DNA from: Cenococcum geophilum
Lineage: Eukaryota
DNA: 64,000 nucleotides
Assembly (NCBI GenBank): GCA_050273025.1
Contig: CP158635.1
Span: forward strand, 25,172,001-25,236,000
Reading direction: 5' to 3'
In this document: in pieces, positions 27,442-41,074 of the stretch
How positions within the stretch are numbered: position 1 is the stretch's first letter
How the letters are laid out: every line of letters starts with the position of its first letter
Program-made: the position numbers and the translations under genes
Notes under the pieces: generated by a model
The model's input: the letters and a program-made list of their open reading frames with translations, nothing else
Database searches by the model: none
Told to the model about the DNA's origin: nothing

Positions 27442-27549
27442 AATAAGTAATGATATTAACCAAATTAATTAAGCGGATATTATACCTCTAGTAAACAACT
27501 TGGAGATACTAGGAATCTTTAAGGACAAAAATGGAGAGGAGGGAGATGG

Positions 27550-27974
27550 TATTACGGACGCTTTAAGTACGATATTACGACTACTTGGAGAAGAGTTAGA
27601 AGAAGCTAGTTAGTTAATAAGAGCACGGTCTAGGATAGATCTGGTAAAACCATATAATAAAGAATAGTAAGCGAGTTATATAATATGCTATATATTAAAT
27701 AAGAGGAATAAGAGGAACTTACGTACCTTATATATAACACGTATATTACATATAAGAAGGATTTTATAGGAGTACGGTTGTGTATTTAAGGACCCTCAGT
27801 CCCTACCTAGATAGTTCCTTCCTTGTAGTAATTCTCAGAATATAATTAGAGTTAATTTATTAGGTAACCACTCCACCAGTTATTATTACGTTGTTAACTT
27901 TTATACTTGCATTTCCTATACACCTAGCCCAATAACAGGACCTACCGTAGTTCCTGCTACAAGGTTCCGTTACA
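27550..27974 (+). repeat. 3' LTR of Gypsy A copy 3
   Basis: Preceded by PPT GGAGAGGAGGGAGATGG; ends GTTACA. Confidence 0.92.
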
Positions 27975-28334
27975 CTATAAAGTATCCCTACTTTATTAGC
28001 TTATCTACTATTACTAAGATCGCGTTATATATCTATCTAGTAATAGGATCTTTTAATTTTAGCAACTTTATAATAAAGTCCTATAATATAGTTTCCTATA
28101 GTTGTTTTAGTATTTTAACCGGATATAGTTTCCTATATAGTCTATACCTTTTTAGCTTATTTCCCTAGCAATCTAGATATTCCTTTATAACTTATCTCGC
28201 TAGTCTTTAGATTCCTTAAATAATATACTCCTCCTAGAGTCTTAATACTAAGCCTATAGCTCTATTATATCCTTAAGTTATTCCCTTATAGAAGTCTTTA
28301 ATAAACTCTTCTATAATCTCTCTTAGGATATATA

Positions 28335-29337
28335 GTAGTAATTCTTTAATTAACGTCTAATACGGATCCTACTGGCCCACGCAGACTACTCCGTCACAGG
28401 GGGGAAAACTTGTGTATTTACAGGAAGAAAACCCCTGTAGTTGGGGGAGGAAAACCCCTATAAGCAGCCTTAGTAGGATAAAAACCCCCAATTTGCCATG
28501 TTTGTATATAGCAGCGGCCCTATAGGCCTATAGCACGTCCTCCTCCTTAAATGTTTTAAACTCCTTAGGAACTACTACTTCCTTCTCTAGCTTATCTAAA
28601 GCTAGGGTTTACTACGTCCTAGCTAGGCCTTGCCAATTAATCGCCGTATACTTATTTCTCCTATATCTTAACCGTCCCCTATATACTATCTCTTATTAAC
28701 CATTGCTATATACGCCTTGCCTCCCCCCCTAAAGCTATTAAAGGCGTAAGGGGGATTCATCTATTCTAACTACCGTGACACTAATAGCGGGATATGTTGT
28801 ACTTTGGGTATCTTTTATGCCTAGGCCCCAGCTAGGCCCTTTCTAAGGGTTACTACTCCGTTAAAAGGAGATAAGGAAGGAAAACCGTGGGTCGCAATCT
28901 AGGCTGCTAGGTATTTGGTAGTTAACGGCGAGTGACCGCATGCTCCGCGGGCGATCGCCCTAGGGGTTAAGAGGGGCCGTATATTTGCTCGTTTACTCGT
29001 TCGTTCGTTCGCATTTATTCATTCGTTAATATAAGGTCGTTAATGCTTTTAATTGGGGGTTAAGGGACGTTAGTATTCTATCTTATATCTATAAGGATTA
29101 CATAGGGTTAAATAGGAGCGTAGCAGGTCTACTATAAAGGGGGTTACCGTTAGTAGTGGTTTTTAAGATCTCACCATCCCATGTGAAAACTTTTCACTAC
29201 CCTGTATAACATTTCAACCTCCACCACGACCTCCTATCCGCAGCTGTGCGACGTCTCTGCGTTGGCTCTGCTGAGTCTAAAGACTAGCAGGTTTGTAGGC
29301 CTTACCACGTACAGGTGCAGAGTCCGATTTTAAGGAC
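28335..29337 (-). mobile_element. ~1 kb SINE-like element, copy 2
   Basis: 15-bp TSD CTCTTAGGATATATA (28320-28334, 29338-29352); colinear with 13856-14863 including the same 5' start AAAATCGGACTCTGCACC. Confidence 0.8.
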
Positions 29338-32300
29338 CTCTTAGGATATATATGTTTTCTCTCTACTTATACTAATCTTTCTTTAGATCTTTAAGCTATA
29401 CTTCCTAGATCCTTTATGCCTAATTACTCTCTAGTGCCTTATAGGTCGCTGCTAACTTAGGATAATTATACTAAATTAATCTATCTTGGTCTAGCTTTAG
29501 TAGTGCTCCTAATAGTTTTTTAGTGCCCTATAATTTAGCCTTTCTACTAAGCGCGTCTGCTCTAGTATTATTAGTACCCTTAGTATACTAAATTTCGAAA
29601 TAGTATTCTATAAGTATCTCTACCCATCTAACCTATCTTTAGTTAAGTTCCTTTATCGTTAGGAATCCTATAAGGTTCTTATAGTCTATTTTTACTATAA
29701 ATAGTTTCTCTATACCTTATAAGAATACTCTCTATTCCTTAAGTACTGTAACTATACCTAATAACTCCTTATTATAGATATTATAGTTTAGTTCTAGTAG
29801 TATTATCTTCTAGCTATAATACGCTACTAGGTGCTATATATCCTAATGTCTCTATAATAGGCATACTCCTAGTATAAAGTCTAATATATCTATCTTAACA
29901 ACCATCTCTAACTTTAGTTAATAGATTTTAAAGATTAGTTCCTAGGTAAATAACTCCTTAAGTTCCTTAAACAACTTCCTTTACTTAGTGTCCTATACCT
30001 ATAGTTCCTCCGTTTTTATAAGCCTTATAAATGGCTTAATATTCTTTAACTACTATGCTATAAACCTCCTATAGTAATTGCAAAACCCTAAGAATAATCT
30101 TAACTGCGTAACGTTCTCTAGTTCTTGCTAATCTACTATAGCTTTAACTTTCTTTAGGTCTATACTAATCTTTCCTAGTTTAATAATAAATCTAATAAAA
30201 TTTATCTTCCTTATAAAGAACTCGCATTTCTTAATTACTACTAGTATTTATTCTTCTTATAGTCTCTTTAAGACCTATTTAATATATTCTCTATATTCTC
30301 CCTTACATATTAAGTAGATAATAATATTATTAAGGTATACTATAACAAATTTATCTAAGTGTTCCCCTAATATATTATTAATCCACTTCTAAAACGTTAC
30401 TAGTGCGTTTATAAGCCCGAATTATATAACTAATAGCTTATATAGTCCTTCCTTTAACCTAAAGGCTGCCTTCTATTTATTACCTTCCTTAATTCTAATC
30501 TAATAGTACGCCTATCTTAGATCTATCTTCGTAAAGATTTATATATTACCTATCCTATTCTAGATTTTACTAATTAAGGGTAAAGGATATCTATGTTTTC
30601 TTATAATACTATTTAACTGTCTATAGTTAATATATAGCCTTAGTTTTCTATTTTTCTTTAGTATAAATAGTACTAAATATCCCGCTAATAACTGCGATGG
30701 TTAGATATATCCCTTTTATAGATTTTTTTAGATAAACTCTTTTAAAGCTCCTAACTCCTCTTAAGTAAGCTTATAGATTAAAAAGAACTTTAGACTAGTT
30801 CCTAGTTCTAAATCTATCTTATAGTCCTATACTATATAATCTACTAGCTTTTTACTTTCTAGGCTCTATAGTTTCTTACTATACTTATAGTATCTCTTTA
30901 GTATATAACTTAAGCCTTACTTAGTCTCTTTATATATTACTCCAACTTAGTACTATACTAACTTAGTTTACTATTATATCTTATATTATTAAGTATCTCT
31001 AATATTAACCTAACCTATAACCTAATTAATCTTTAGATTATATTCCTGTAACTAAGGTATACCTAGTACTGCCTTATCCTTTCCTAATAGTAAGATATTA
31101 AAAGATATTATAATTTGTCTTCCTTTAATGGTTATTTAAATTAGTCCTATTTTAAGATTAATAATGCCTCCTCTATAGGCTATTAGATCTCCTAAAATTA
31201 TTACTAGTAGGTATAGCCGCTCCTTCTATCTATAAGGTAGCCCTATCTGCTTAACTACTACTAGTAAGATATGGTTCCTTATTGCTCTACTATCTATTAG
31301 CGCTTTAAACTATTAATCTTGCCAATTAACTCGTAGGTTTAGGTATTATCCTTAAATTCCTTTAAGGGTCTAAGGCTCTACTACTAGCTCCCTCTAGTCC
31401 TATAGGCCTTACCTTTTCCTAACTATTAGCTACTAGATCCTACTATATCTAGCTTCTTCGCTAGCTAATATCTAGTTTGTTTCTTATCTTCAATATACTA
31501 TAGATATATATTCTCTAGGCATTCCCACTACTATTATCCGTCTAAGTATTCTTCTATTAGGAATCTTCCTAGTTAAAGTATTAAATTATTTATTTCTTAA
31601 TTATTTACTAGATACTAGCCGTATATATACTTAGCATTCCTATATTTCTTTTTATTAGGTACCTACTATATTCTAGTTAGGTACTTCTAGTTCTTTATTT
31701 TTAGTGTCTTATATATCTTATACTAGTTATCTATATATATAATCTATACTAATATATAATACGCTAGGTACTTAGGGTTAACTCGTGCCTTATCTTTATG
31801 CTATAGTTTAAACCTCTACTTAACTAATGTAAATATTAGTTTCTTGTTCGCAGGTATTAAGATTTATTAATTATTTCTTTAGTCCTCTAATCTATCTTCT
31901 AAATTCTTTAACGTTATAATTAATACTCCTTTAATGTGACTTATGCGTTTTTCTATAATAGCTTAGTCCTAAATAACTTATTTGTCTAACTATATATAGA
32001 AGTCTTCCTAATTATCGCTGTATCTCTATCTATACTACTTTATATATAACTAGTTAAGCGTATATAATTTATCTATTAGGAAGTATCTTATTATTACTAC
32101 GTTATAATAGCCTTTAGTGTATCTTTTTTTTAATCTAGTAGGGATTCCTAGATCCTCTTCTTACTCTAGTTTATCTAACTACTTTACTCTAGGCATCCCT
32201 ACTTTAGGCCTATTAGTAATTCTTTATATAGGTACTCTATCCCTTAGACGTCCCTAAGTCCTTAACTCGGTATCTTATTTCTACTATACAAAGATTTACT

Positions 32301-34288
32301 ATCTAAATTCTTCTATGCTTTCCTTAGGTTTTCTTCTAAGTAGATCCTTAAAGTTTTCTTACTTCGTAATTATAGTGTTAACTTTTCAACCCTTAGGCTA
32401 AATACTTTATTTACCTCTTACTAGAGTTACTATTTGTTCTCTAAATCTGTGTTGACTTCCTTATAGGAATCTTCGTCCCGTGCTTATTTATTTGTCTTTA
32501 AACTAAGCTACTGCTCTTAACTATCGGTTTTTGTCTATTGTAGGTTCTTAAGCTATCCTTATCTTATCTTAAGAATCTTAAATATATCTTATCTTTTATA
32601 GAGAATCTTAAGCTTCTCTTATCTCGTCTTAAGAATCTTAAGCCTATGGCCTTTTGCCTTTATTAAGTGGTAAGGTAGTAATATTAAATAATTATCTACT
32701 AAGTTTACTCTAAAATATTCCTCTTCTCCTATCTTATAAAGTAATAGATATTGTATCTAATAGAGTCTTAGTCCCTATTATTAATCCAGCCCCTATTACT
32801 AATTTAACCTCTATCTCTATTATTGCGTCCTTAAGGTCTATATACTCCTAGTAAGCTGCCCTTATTACCTTATTATCGCTACTAATAGTCTAATTATCTT
32901 AATCCTTAGATTTTACTACTAGGTAGAACTAGTATATAAGAACTTTCTCCGCTAATTACTGGCTTACTATACCGTCTTTATTCTAATCTAGTTTATAGAG
33001 TTAATTAAGTTCCTTATCTAACTCTTATATACCCTAAAGTCTATTTAACTTAGGCTCTTATAGCTAATAGCTTGCGCTATACTTAGCGTCCTTATAAATT
33101 TAGTATACGTTGTTATAATAAAACGCAAAACTATTAATTGAACATTCTTTTGTTTCTCGTAGCATATTATTATCCCTCTATACGTATATATTATCTACTA
33201 GTCTAGTTCCCTTTACTATATAGTTACTCTAACTACCTTTATAGTCTCTAGTAAAATAACTTTATTTTCCACAATTTATATAAGCTCCTTCTTAGTACTA
33301 CTTTTCTTACTATAGAGTCTGCCTAAACGTCTTCTGCTGCTAAGATCCCTAATTTAGCCTCTGCTCCTTAGACCTTTATTTACTTAATCCTTATCCTTTA
33401 GGTTTCTATAATTTCTTATTCTAACCTTAGCCTTCTTTAGTACCGCTTAGGTCTATTAGGTCTACGCTATACTATAGTTTAGATACTTGTTATATCTTTC
33501 TTATATATACCGGTCCTTGCTATATTTTCCCTAACTTCTCGCTTTAGTATAGCCGGTTATCTACCTTAATAGCTTATTTAATTAACTCTCTTATATCGCT
33601 TAGATCGTCTATTAGTACTATTATACTTTAAACTTTAGCCTTTAATCCGCGTCGGTATTAAGCTATTAACGCCCCTACGTTCTACTTAGTCTGCGCTACT
33701 AGTATCTAAAACTGCGTTATATAGTCTATTACTAATCCCTTTTATATAAGTTAATATAGCTTTCCTTTAGCCGTAGCTACTAATTCCAGATCTCCGTATA
33801 TCTATATTAGTCTACTAGTAAATCCTTCCTAGCTTAAGAATATATACCATACTTCTAAGTTAGTGGTTACTAGTTTATTAGCCTATATCTCTATAAAATA
33901 AGGTTTAAACTACTCTAGTGCCCAACCCGTTAAGAACAGTCCTGCGTACGCCACTTAATTACTTAGTTATAATAGCTTAGTTCCTTTATAAAGTACCTTT
34001 ATTCTTATCTATATAAGGAATCCTTTAAGCTTATACTCTTCTCCTATAAACCTCTTAATTGCTAATATCTTAATCTTTTCTTTCTTTATATCCTATAGCT
34101 ATTAAAGTAATATCTAATTATTAGCGTTATTTTGCTTAATAATGCTTCTAAGCTAGCCTATAGTAACTATATCTAAATCGCTCTATATACTAGTATCTAC
34201 ATCGCCTAAGGTTATTACTACTATAGATAGCGTCGTAACTGGTTGCTTAGGTGGCATTATATTGACCTATTGTTTACTATAACCTTAG

Positions 34289-34538
34289 TGTTACGAACGC
34301 TTTAAGTACGATGTTACGACTACTAGGAGAGGAGTTAGAAGTAGCTAGTTAGTTAATAGAAGCACGGTCTAGAATAGAACCGGTTAAACTATGTAACGAG
34401 GAATGGTAACCAAGGTTATATAATGTGCTATATATAGAACGTAGGGAATGGAAGGAATGTATGTACCTTATATACTATACATACCTTACATATAAGAAGG
34501 ATTTCTTAGGGGTATGGTTATATATTTAAAGGACCTTA
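34289..34538 (+). repeat. Truncated Gypsy A LTR
   Basis: Matches the first ~250 bp of the family A LTR, then abuts Copia gag. Confidence 0.8.
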
Positions 34539-37500
34539 CCTACTACACCCTAACCTACCCCTACACCACCCCTATAACAGGAACCTAATTATATTAACTT
34601 AACCCTATAACTAGAACCACCTAGGGGATAGAGTTAAAACTAGGGTTTTAGTAAGGAGTTAACAAACCTTATAAAGATATATATGGAAGACAACAAGTAC
34701 AGCAGAGAAGATAATAACTTTAACTTTAAACTTACCATCTTCCACAACCTCTATAGCAGAGCCGACGTACTCTAAGAAGCCAAGGTCAAAGCCTACCCTA
34801 TAATGCTACGCGGTCTAGCACTTAACCACTACTACACTAACCTTAAAAACGTCACCTTAACCCTTTTATTTAACTAAATCTGTAATACCATACGTAATTA
34901 CTTTAAGGGACCTAAATATAGACGCGGTATATTAGGACGATGGAACTTAATAACTCTAAAGTCCATAATAGGCAAGAGCAAGAATGCTAGAAAATTAACC
35001 TTAGACTGCCTATAGCTACTTATTAAAGAACTAAGACACCTTTAGTATGGTCTTGACCTAGATTTACGTATAGACAAGTTCCTTTATAATAAGCTTATTA
35101 ACGCCTGCTAGGAGTTACTAGTGTATTAATATGCCTGCTTTAAACCTTCTAATAGCTTAACTAGCCTAATCAATAACTTATAATCCTTTATTATAACATT
35201 CAAAAAGTTAAACAGTAAGAACCCCTAAGCCTTCTTTACTAACCGCCACTACTATAGATAATACCCTCGATTACCTTATAGAACATAATTATCCTTATCT
35301 AGCCAATATGCATCACTAAAGAAGCGCTGCTTTATCTGTAATAAAGAAGGCTATTGGTTATCTAAATACTCTAGAGAAGAACGTAATAAATTAAAGAAGA
35401 AGTTTAAGGATAGATTTAACCGCCGCTTTAATAGATATGCCTAATAGTATATTGCTAAGTACGAGGGAACAGATAACGATAGTAATAAACTTAACTTAGA
35501 ATCTATTAATAAGGCAATAGAAGCTCTTATAATTGATATCGAGTTACTAACAGTATTTTTAACCCAAGAACAGACTAAACTGTTCCTTACCTCTTTCGGA
35601 ACGATATAGCACGAAGGAGCTATTAATACTATAACTGACTTAGCAAACCGATCCTTTACCCATATAATTACCGGCACTAATTCAATTGCTTACTACAATG
35701 ACCTAGACCTATTTGCCTATATTACTACCAGCTAGTATATATCTAATAAGTTCTATAAAGTAATAATTAACACCAGAGCTTTAAAGAGATTAATAGTAGG
35801 TTATGGATAATACCTCGTATATAGAAAGACCTATAATACCGTTATTAATACCTTAAAGGCTGGCGCTATTAACGTCTAGTTTGGTATTGGTTCTACCTCT
35901 TTTATTGGCTCCGTTATAGTTAATACACTAGTTGGCAACGTTAAGTTTTATATTATAAAGGCCGACATACCCTTCCTACTATACCTCGCAGATATAGATA
36001 TACTAAAGGTCTATTATAATAACCTTAAGAACGTCCTAGTTACCCCAATAAAATCGGTGCCAGTGGTTCGCTAATTTAGTTACCTCTTCCTATTATAGGA
36101 AGAGTCACTACAGTTATTTATAACCCACTCGTTTAATTAAAACCCTTGCTACCTAACCACCGCTAAACTCTGCCGACTCCACCGTTGCTTTGGACACCTA
36201 TTGGCAGATAAGCTATATAAGGTACTAGAACGCTCTGGCTATAATAATATTAATAAGCAGGCTATTAACTACCTTACTAAGTACTGTTCCTACTGCTAGA
36301 AACATGATAAGTCTCCCAAATAGTTTAAATTCACACTATAAGAAGACTAAGATTCCGATTTTAACTATTCTATTTTTATTAACATTATATATATTAACGG
36401 GAGTCCTATTCTCTATATAATTAATAAAGCTACCAGATTTTAAGCTGTGAGATAGCTACGCAATATCTCCGTAAAATATACCTAGGACATCCTACGACTA
36501 TATTAGACTACCTAACTATATTACCTATAATGCCGGGAAGAACTTCGCAAGCAAGGAGTTTCAACAGCACGCTATAGTAATGGCTATATTAACTAAGAGC
36601 GTCCCAGTAAAAGCTTACTGGTCTATTAGAATGGTAGAAAGAGCTTATCCAATACTATATTAAGTATACTAGATAATTACAGAGGAGCTATAGGACTTAG
36701 GAATAACCAAAGAACTAGCCTTATAAATAGCGGTAAAGGCCGCTAATAATATAGCTAGCCTAGATGGCTTAGTCCTAATACTTCTCGTCTTTAGTGCCTA
36801 CCCTTAAATAAGCAAACTCAACCTACTAGCACCCTCTATTATATAGCAAGCGGCAGCTATAAAGAAGGTAATAAAGGAGATTATAAGGATTAGGGCAAAG
36901 AAGTAAGTTGACGATATACTAAACTAACGAAATGGTCCATCTGTTACTATAATCTATAACCTCCCCCTTAACTTAGACGTGCTTATATGGCGTAAAGGCA
37001 ATACTAGATAAAGCGGTAGATGGACTAGCCCATTTAAGTTGCTTAGAATTAACGGAGAAATATATAAGGTATAACTCCCTAATAGACCTACTAACTTTAG
37101 GACCATAACAGTAAAGCTATACCTATAACCCAAACTAGAAAAACCTAATAAGGAACTAGAGGAGGAGCCGTCTAAAGAATTAACTAAGGAACCGACCGAG
37201 GAATTAACTAAGGAATCAACTAAGGAACCAATAACTACTGTACCCCTCCAAAGATTAAAATAGATATAATAATCGCCAATAAAGTCCTAGTAAAACATCG
37301 CGGACGTATTAATATTTATTAACAATAGCCCGACGAAACCTAATACTACAACCCTTAAGTGCACCTTACTATTATTTACAGAGTCTTAACATAAGAAGAT
37401 AAACGGTTTACTTAAGAAAGGTATCTTTAAGTTTATTAATACAGCAGACGTCCCAAAAGGAGTTAGAATCTTTAACTCCCGGTTTATTAACAAGATTAAG

Positions 37501-39375
37501 AACACTGGAACAGATAAGGCCTTTAAGAAGTTTAGACTAGTTGTATAAGCCTATAACAACTATAGTAAAGATCTGGTCTTAATATAATTACTAACTATTT
37601 AACGTGTTAGCCAGAGAATTATCCTAGCACTTATAGTAACCCTATAAGGAAATAAAAGAAGACCAGCCTCTTTATACCTACACGATATCTTATAAGCTTA
37701 TATATAGTCCAATACCCACCTAAACAGAGACTTCTTTATACGCCCACTACTAGAACTCAAACTAAAGAATAGATTAATTCTAAGAGTTATTAAACTACTC
37801 TATAGTGTCCCAGAAGCCGGCAACTATTAGTTTAATATATACTACCGCCACCACCTTAATAAGCTATGGATGAACTAGTTAATATATAACCCCTACTTGT
37901 TATACACAAATAGTAATAGCTTTGGAATTATAGGACTATAGACCGATAATATACTATTTCTTGCTAATAAAACCTTTATAGAGGCTGAAGAAGCTAGGCT
38001 TTAGGAAGTAAAGTTTCTAGTAAAGGAGAGAGAGAAGCTTACACTAAATACCCCAATTAAATTTAACGGAGGCTGCATTAGGCAAGAAAAGGACTTAATA
38101 GCCCTTACCTAGGAACGTCAATGCTAGAACCTAAAGTTGGTCACTATAAAGGCTACAGACCTAACCAGCTCTAGAGGGGAAGTCTATAAGGTAGTTATAC
38201 TAAAGGACTAGTACATTACCTAGAGAGCAAGAGGAGCCTATATTGCTATAGTCTATTAACTAGAAGCTGCCTTTAACCTCTCCTTTATAGCATAAGTTAT
38301 TAACCTAAAGGAAAAATATACGAAGTAGCTTAATAAGCGGCTATAATAGCAAATTAATAATCCCTTCTAAGGACTTTACTTTGTACGACTTAATACAAGC
38401 ACTTTTAAACTAATGATATTTACGGACTCGTCCTTTGCCAATAATTATAACCTCTCTTCTTAGATCGGCTTTATCATTATACTCGCGGATAAGGATAATA
38501 GGGCTAATATCCTTTATTAGTTATCTATTAAATATAAGCAAGTTATATAAAGTGTCTTGGTATCCAAACTATATAGAATGGCCCACAGATTTAACACTGG
38601 AGCTACGATTAAAGCAACTATTAAGAAGATCCTATAACTCAAACAACTGCCGCTTATCCTCTATACCGACTTAAAATCTCTATATAACTGCCTAGTCAAA
38701 CTCGGGACAATATAAGAGAAACGACTTATGGTTAACCTAATATGTTTACAACAATTATACGAGAGAAGAGAAATAGTAGAGATTAAATAGATCAACGGAG
38801 GTAGTAACTCTATAGACGCTATAATAAAATTAAAGCCTTACCAGGCGTTAAAGGACCTAATTAATACGAATATAATTAAGCTACAGGTTACCAAGTGGGT
38901 AAAGAGAGAAAACGTTAAAGCAGGAATAGAGAACGTAAAGATATTAAGCCAGCAGCCAAGGCGCTAGTGGTAAGCGAGCTAATGGCGATTTTCCATACCG
39001 GGCATGGAAAATCGTAATTGGTTACTTTAACTATATGGTAGAATTCGGCAGAATCTAAGTGGAATATGGCAGAATTTAGTAGAACTTAATGGAATTTGGT
39101 AGAATATAGTAGAATTCGGCAGAACTTAATAGGACCTGGCAGAACTTGGTAGAATTTGGCAGGAGGCGTTCTTAAGCACTATTAAAAACTAAATACTCCT
39201 AGTGTCTGAACGAGGTTGTCTATAACTAATTGGGTTAGTTACGTGAGCTAAGCGAGCTCACGAAATCCACTAAATTCCACCTGTAGAATAGGGGAATCAA
39301 GAAGTATCAATTAAAATCAGTTACCACCTAAAACTATTGCAATAGCAATACGTATTACCGGAAGTGATACGGACA
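34539..39375 (+). mobile_element. Ty1/Copia retrotransposon, 5'-truncated, RIP-inactivated
   Basis: Order gag - protease ('INTRALKR' = IDTGASKR, ~35765) - integrase ('LHRCFGH...CSYC', 36170-36900) - RT ('KSRLVV.AY', 'LYSVPEAGNYW', '.TDNILF') - RNase H ('IFTDSSF', 'YTDLKSLY'); probable 3' LTR 39203-39375 (TGTCTG...CGGACA). Confidence 0.88.
39035..39165. repeat. GGCAGAATTT ~10-bp tandem repeats in the Copia 3' UTR
   Basis: Directly visible; same unit as 15430-15610 read on the element sense strand. Confidence 0.8.
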
Positions 39376-39782
39376 TTTATATACCAGCAATAAGCTCTAA
39401 GTGCTAGCGTAAGTTTAGCTCTGCTAACGTAATTACTAATAACCAAAACCGCCTGGCTGATAAGATAATTAAGGCACTAGAGCTTTAGAAGAGCTGGTTA
39501 AATAAAGGGCATATAGAAAAGGATGAGGATAAATAAGGAGTATAGGAAGGACTTATTTTTAGAGTGTATATTTATTATATAAGGCGAAGCTCTGTTAAAA
39601 AAATGTTTAGTACCTAGATTCTCTATCACGGATTACCCAATGGGGTAATTCTTAGCAATCAATCGCAATCACTTCAATCAATCAGCTAATTCTCATCAGT
39701 CGATCAATCGCAACCAGGATTTTGGCCAATCAATCGCAACCGGGGGCCCCTGCCTGCGATTGATTGCCTGTCGAACACACTG
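39376..39782 (+). mobile_element. 3' end of a hAT DNA transposon
   Basis: Dimerisation-domain remnant 'IPAISSKC*RKFSSANVITNNQNRLADKIIKALEL*KSWL'; subterminal CAATCAATCGC repeats; terminus ...TCGAACACACTG. Confidence 0.75.
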
Positions 39783-40091
39783 CTTCCAGTACATCAACAG
39801 AACGTGTACGTTCTGGTACATACTGCGAAACCACGCATTTTAAAAGTGGAAAACGTAATGGATTGTAGCCGTTATTTAATTTCTGGGGAGTGTGGGTGCC
39901 AAAGCGCAACGGATGTCACCGGAGCTGCAGGTGTTGCCTCGAAAGCGATATGAAAGGCCTTGGAAATGGATTTCGGTTCCATGCCAGCGAACCTCGACTC
40001 TTCTCGATTGCATCTCTCGGAGCCACTGCTCATAAATCGAGCTTTGCTTTGACTTTAGAAGATCTTGACTGATTATCTGGCAGCGATCAAG

Positions 40092-41074
40092 ATGGCTCCT
40101 ACCAAACGACCACAGCAATACAATGAATCCATGCGAAAGTACGAGAAAGGTTACGCCTTTTTCGAGCCCGCATCTTCTTTTGACGTCAAACCTGGCTGCA
40201 GTGGTTATATTGATGCCGGCGGAATCTGGCATCCACTTGTCGATATCATGGACAGCGTTGCAGTCCAGAAATTAGGCTTATCAGACCTGGACCAGACTAT
40301 TGTTGTTGCCATGCGACCAAGTTCTATGCGTTGGGGACCTAGATATTCGCAATCTGTCAAATACAACAGATACGACGTCGACCTTGGAGCCAATGGGGTT
40401 CCTGCTGGGATTCCAGCCGAAGCCAAAATTGTGATCAAGTTTGACTTGGGATCCCAGTTTGGAGCAGTTCTCATATGTGATTCTGAGGTGAAAATGCAGG
40501 GCTATCACCACCTCGCTCCCTTCCGCGACTGGGCCCGGAAGAATGCCGAAAAGATACTTAACAAGTTCCCGGATGTTTACGAGAGAGGTTTTTTCATCGC
40601 GGTTAGTACTTACTCGACTAAGGACGTATATATCAATTCCTGGTCGGACAAATCCCAGAGCGTGACGCTAGGATTCAAGTTGGGGGTTATTCCGGCTGGC
40701 GAAATAGCTCCGGAAACCGAATGGTATAGAGGCGACTCTACAAGTGAATGGACCCGTCATATGAGCAATGGTATGTTCATTTTGCGTGCTACTTAATAAA
40801 TACAATTCTCACAGCACTTATGCAGACGGAGAGGAAAAGGTGATATTCTTTAGAGGCTTGAAATTCGAATACCACAAGTTGACAGGGTATTTACGAAAGG
40901 TGAGAGACTGAGAACTCCCATTTTAATGGATGGTTCTGACATTCTGAGCAGCCGGAAGACAAGGTAAAGGAAATCATTCCAGACAAGTGGCGCGGGGCCA
41001 ACTTTATCATTCGTGATCCTACGAATGAGGATGATGCACTTGAGGTCAAGATGTCCCTCCTTGGGAAAGATTGA
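40092..41074 (+). CDS. Intact 291-aa protein, putative gasdermin-like pore-forming fold; exons 40092-40770, 40826-40899, 40952-41074
   Basis: Balanced composition without RIP. Intron 1 GTATGT..CTCAC..CAG and intron 2 GTGAGA..CTGAC..CAG give an open 876-nt CDS ending ...MSLLGKD*. The gene model is well supported; the gasdermin-like call rests on remembered motif patterns only (~0.5). Confidence 0.8.

Larger units (their letters stand above)
19952..27974 (+). mobile_element. Ty3/Gypsy (chromovirus) family A copy 3, full length 8023 bp, RIP-inactivated
   Basis: 425-bp LTRs 19952-20376 and 27550-27974; TSD CTATA (19947-19951, 27975-27979); gag, protease (~23560), RT '[11 protein letters not shown]' and 'VYLNDII', RNase H, integrase and chromodomain remnants; PPT. 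Confidence 0.95.
12425..34288 (-). mobile_element. Ty3/Gypsy family A copy 2 (3' LTR 12425-12838 through gag), split by four nested insertions
   Basis: Segments 12425-13855, 14864-15249, 19691-19951, 27975-28334 and 29338-34288 join into one colinear reverse complement of the full-length copy; 5' LTR not present. Confidence 0.85.
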
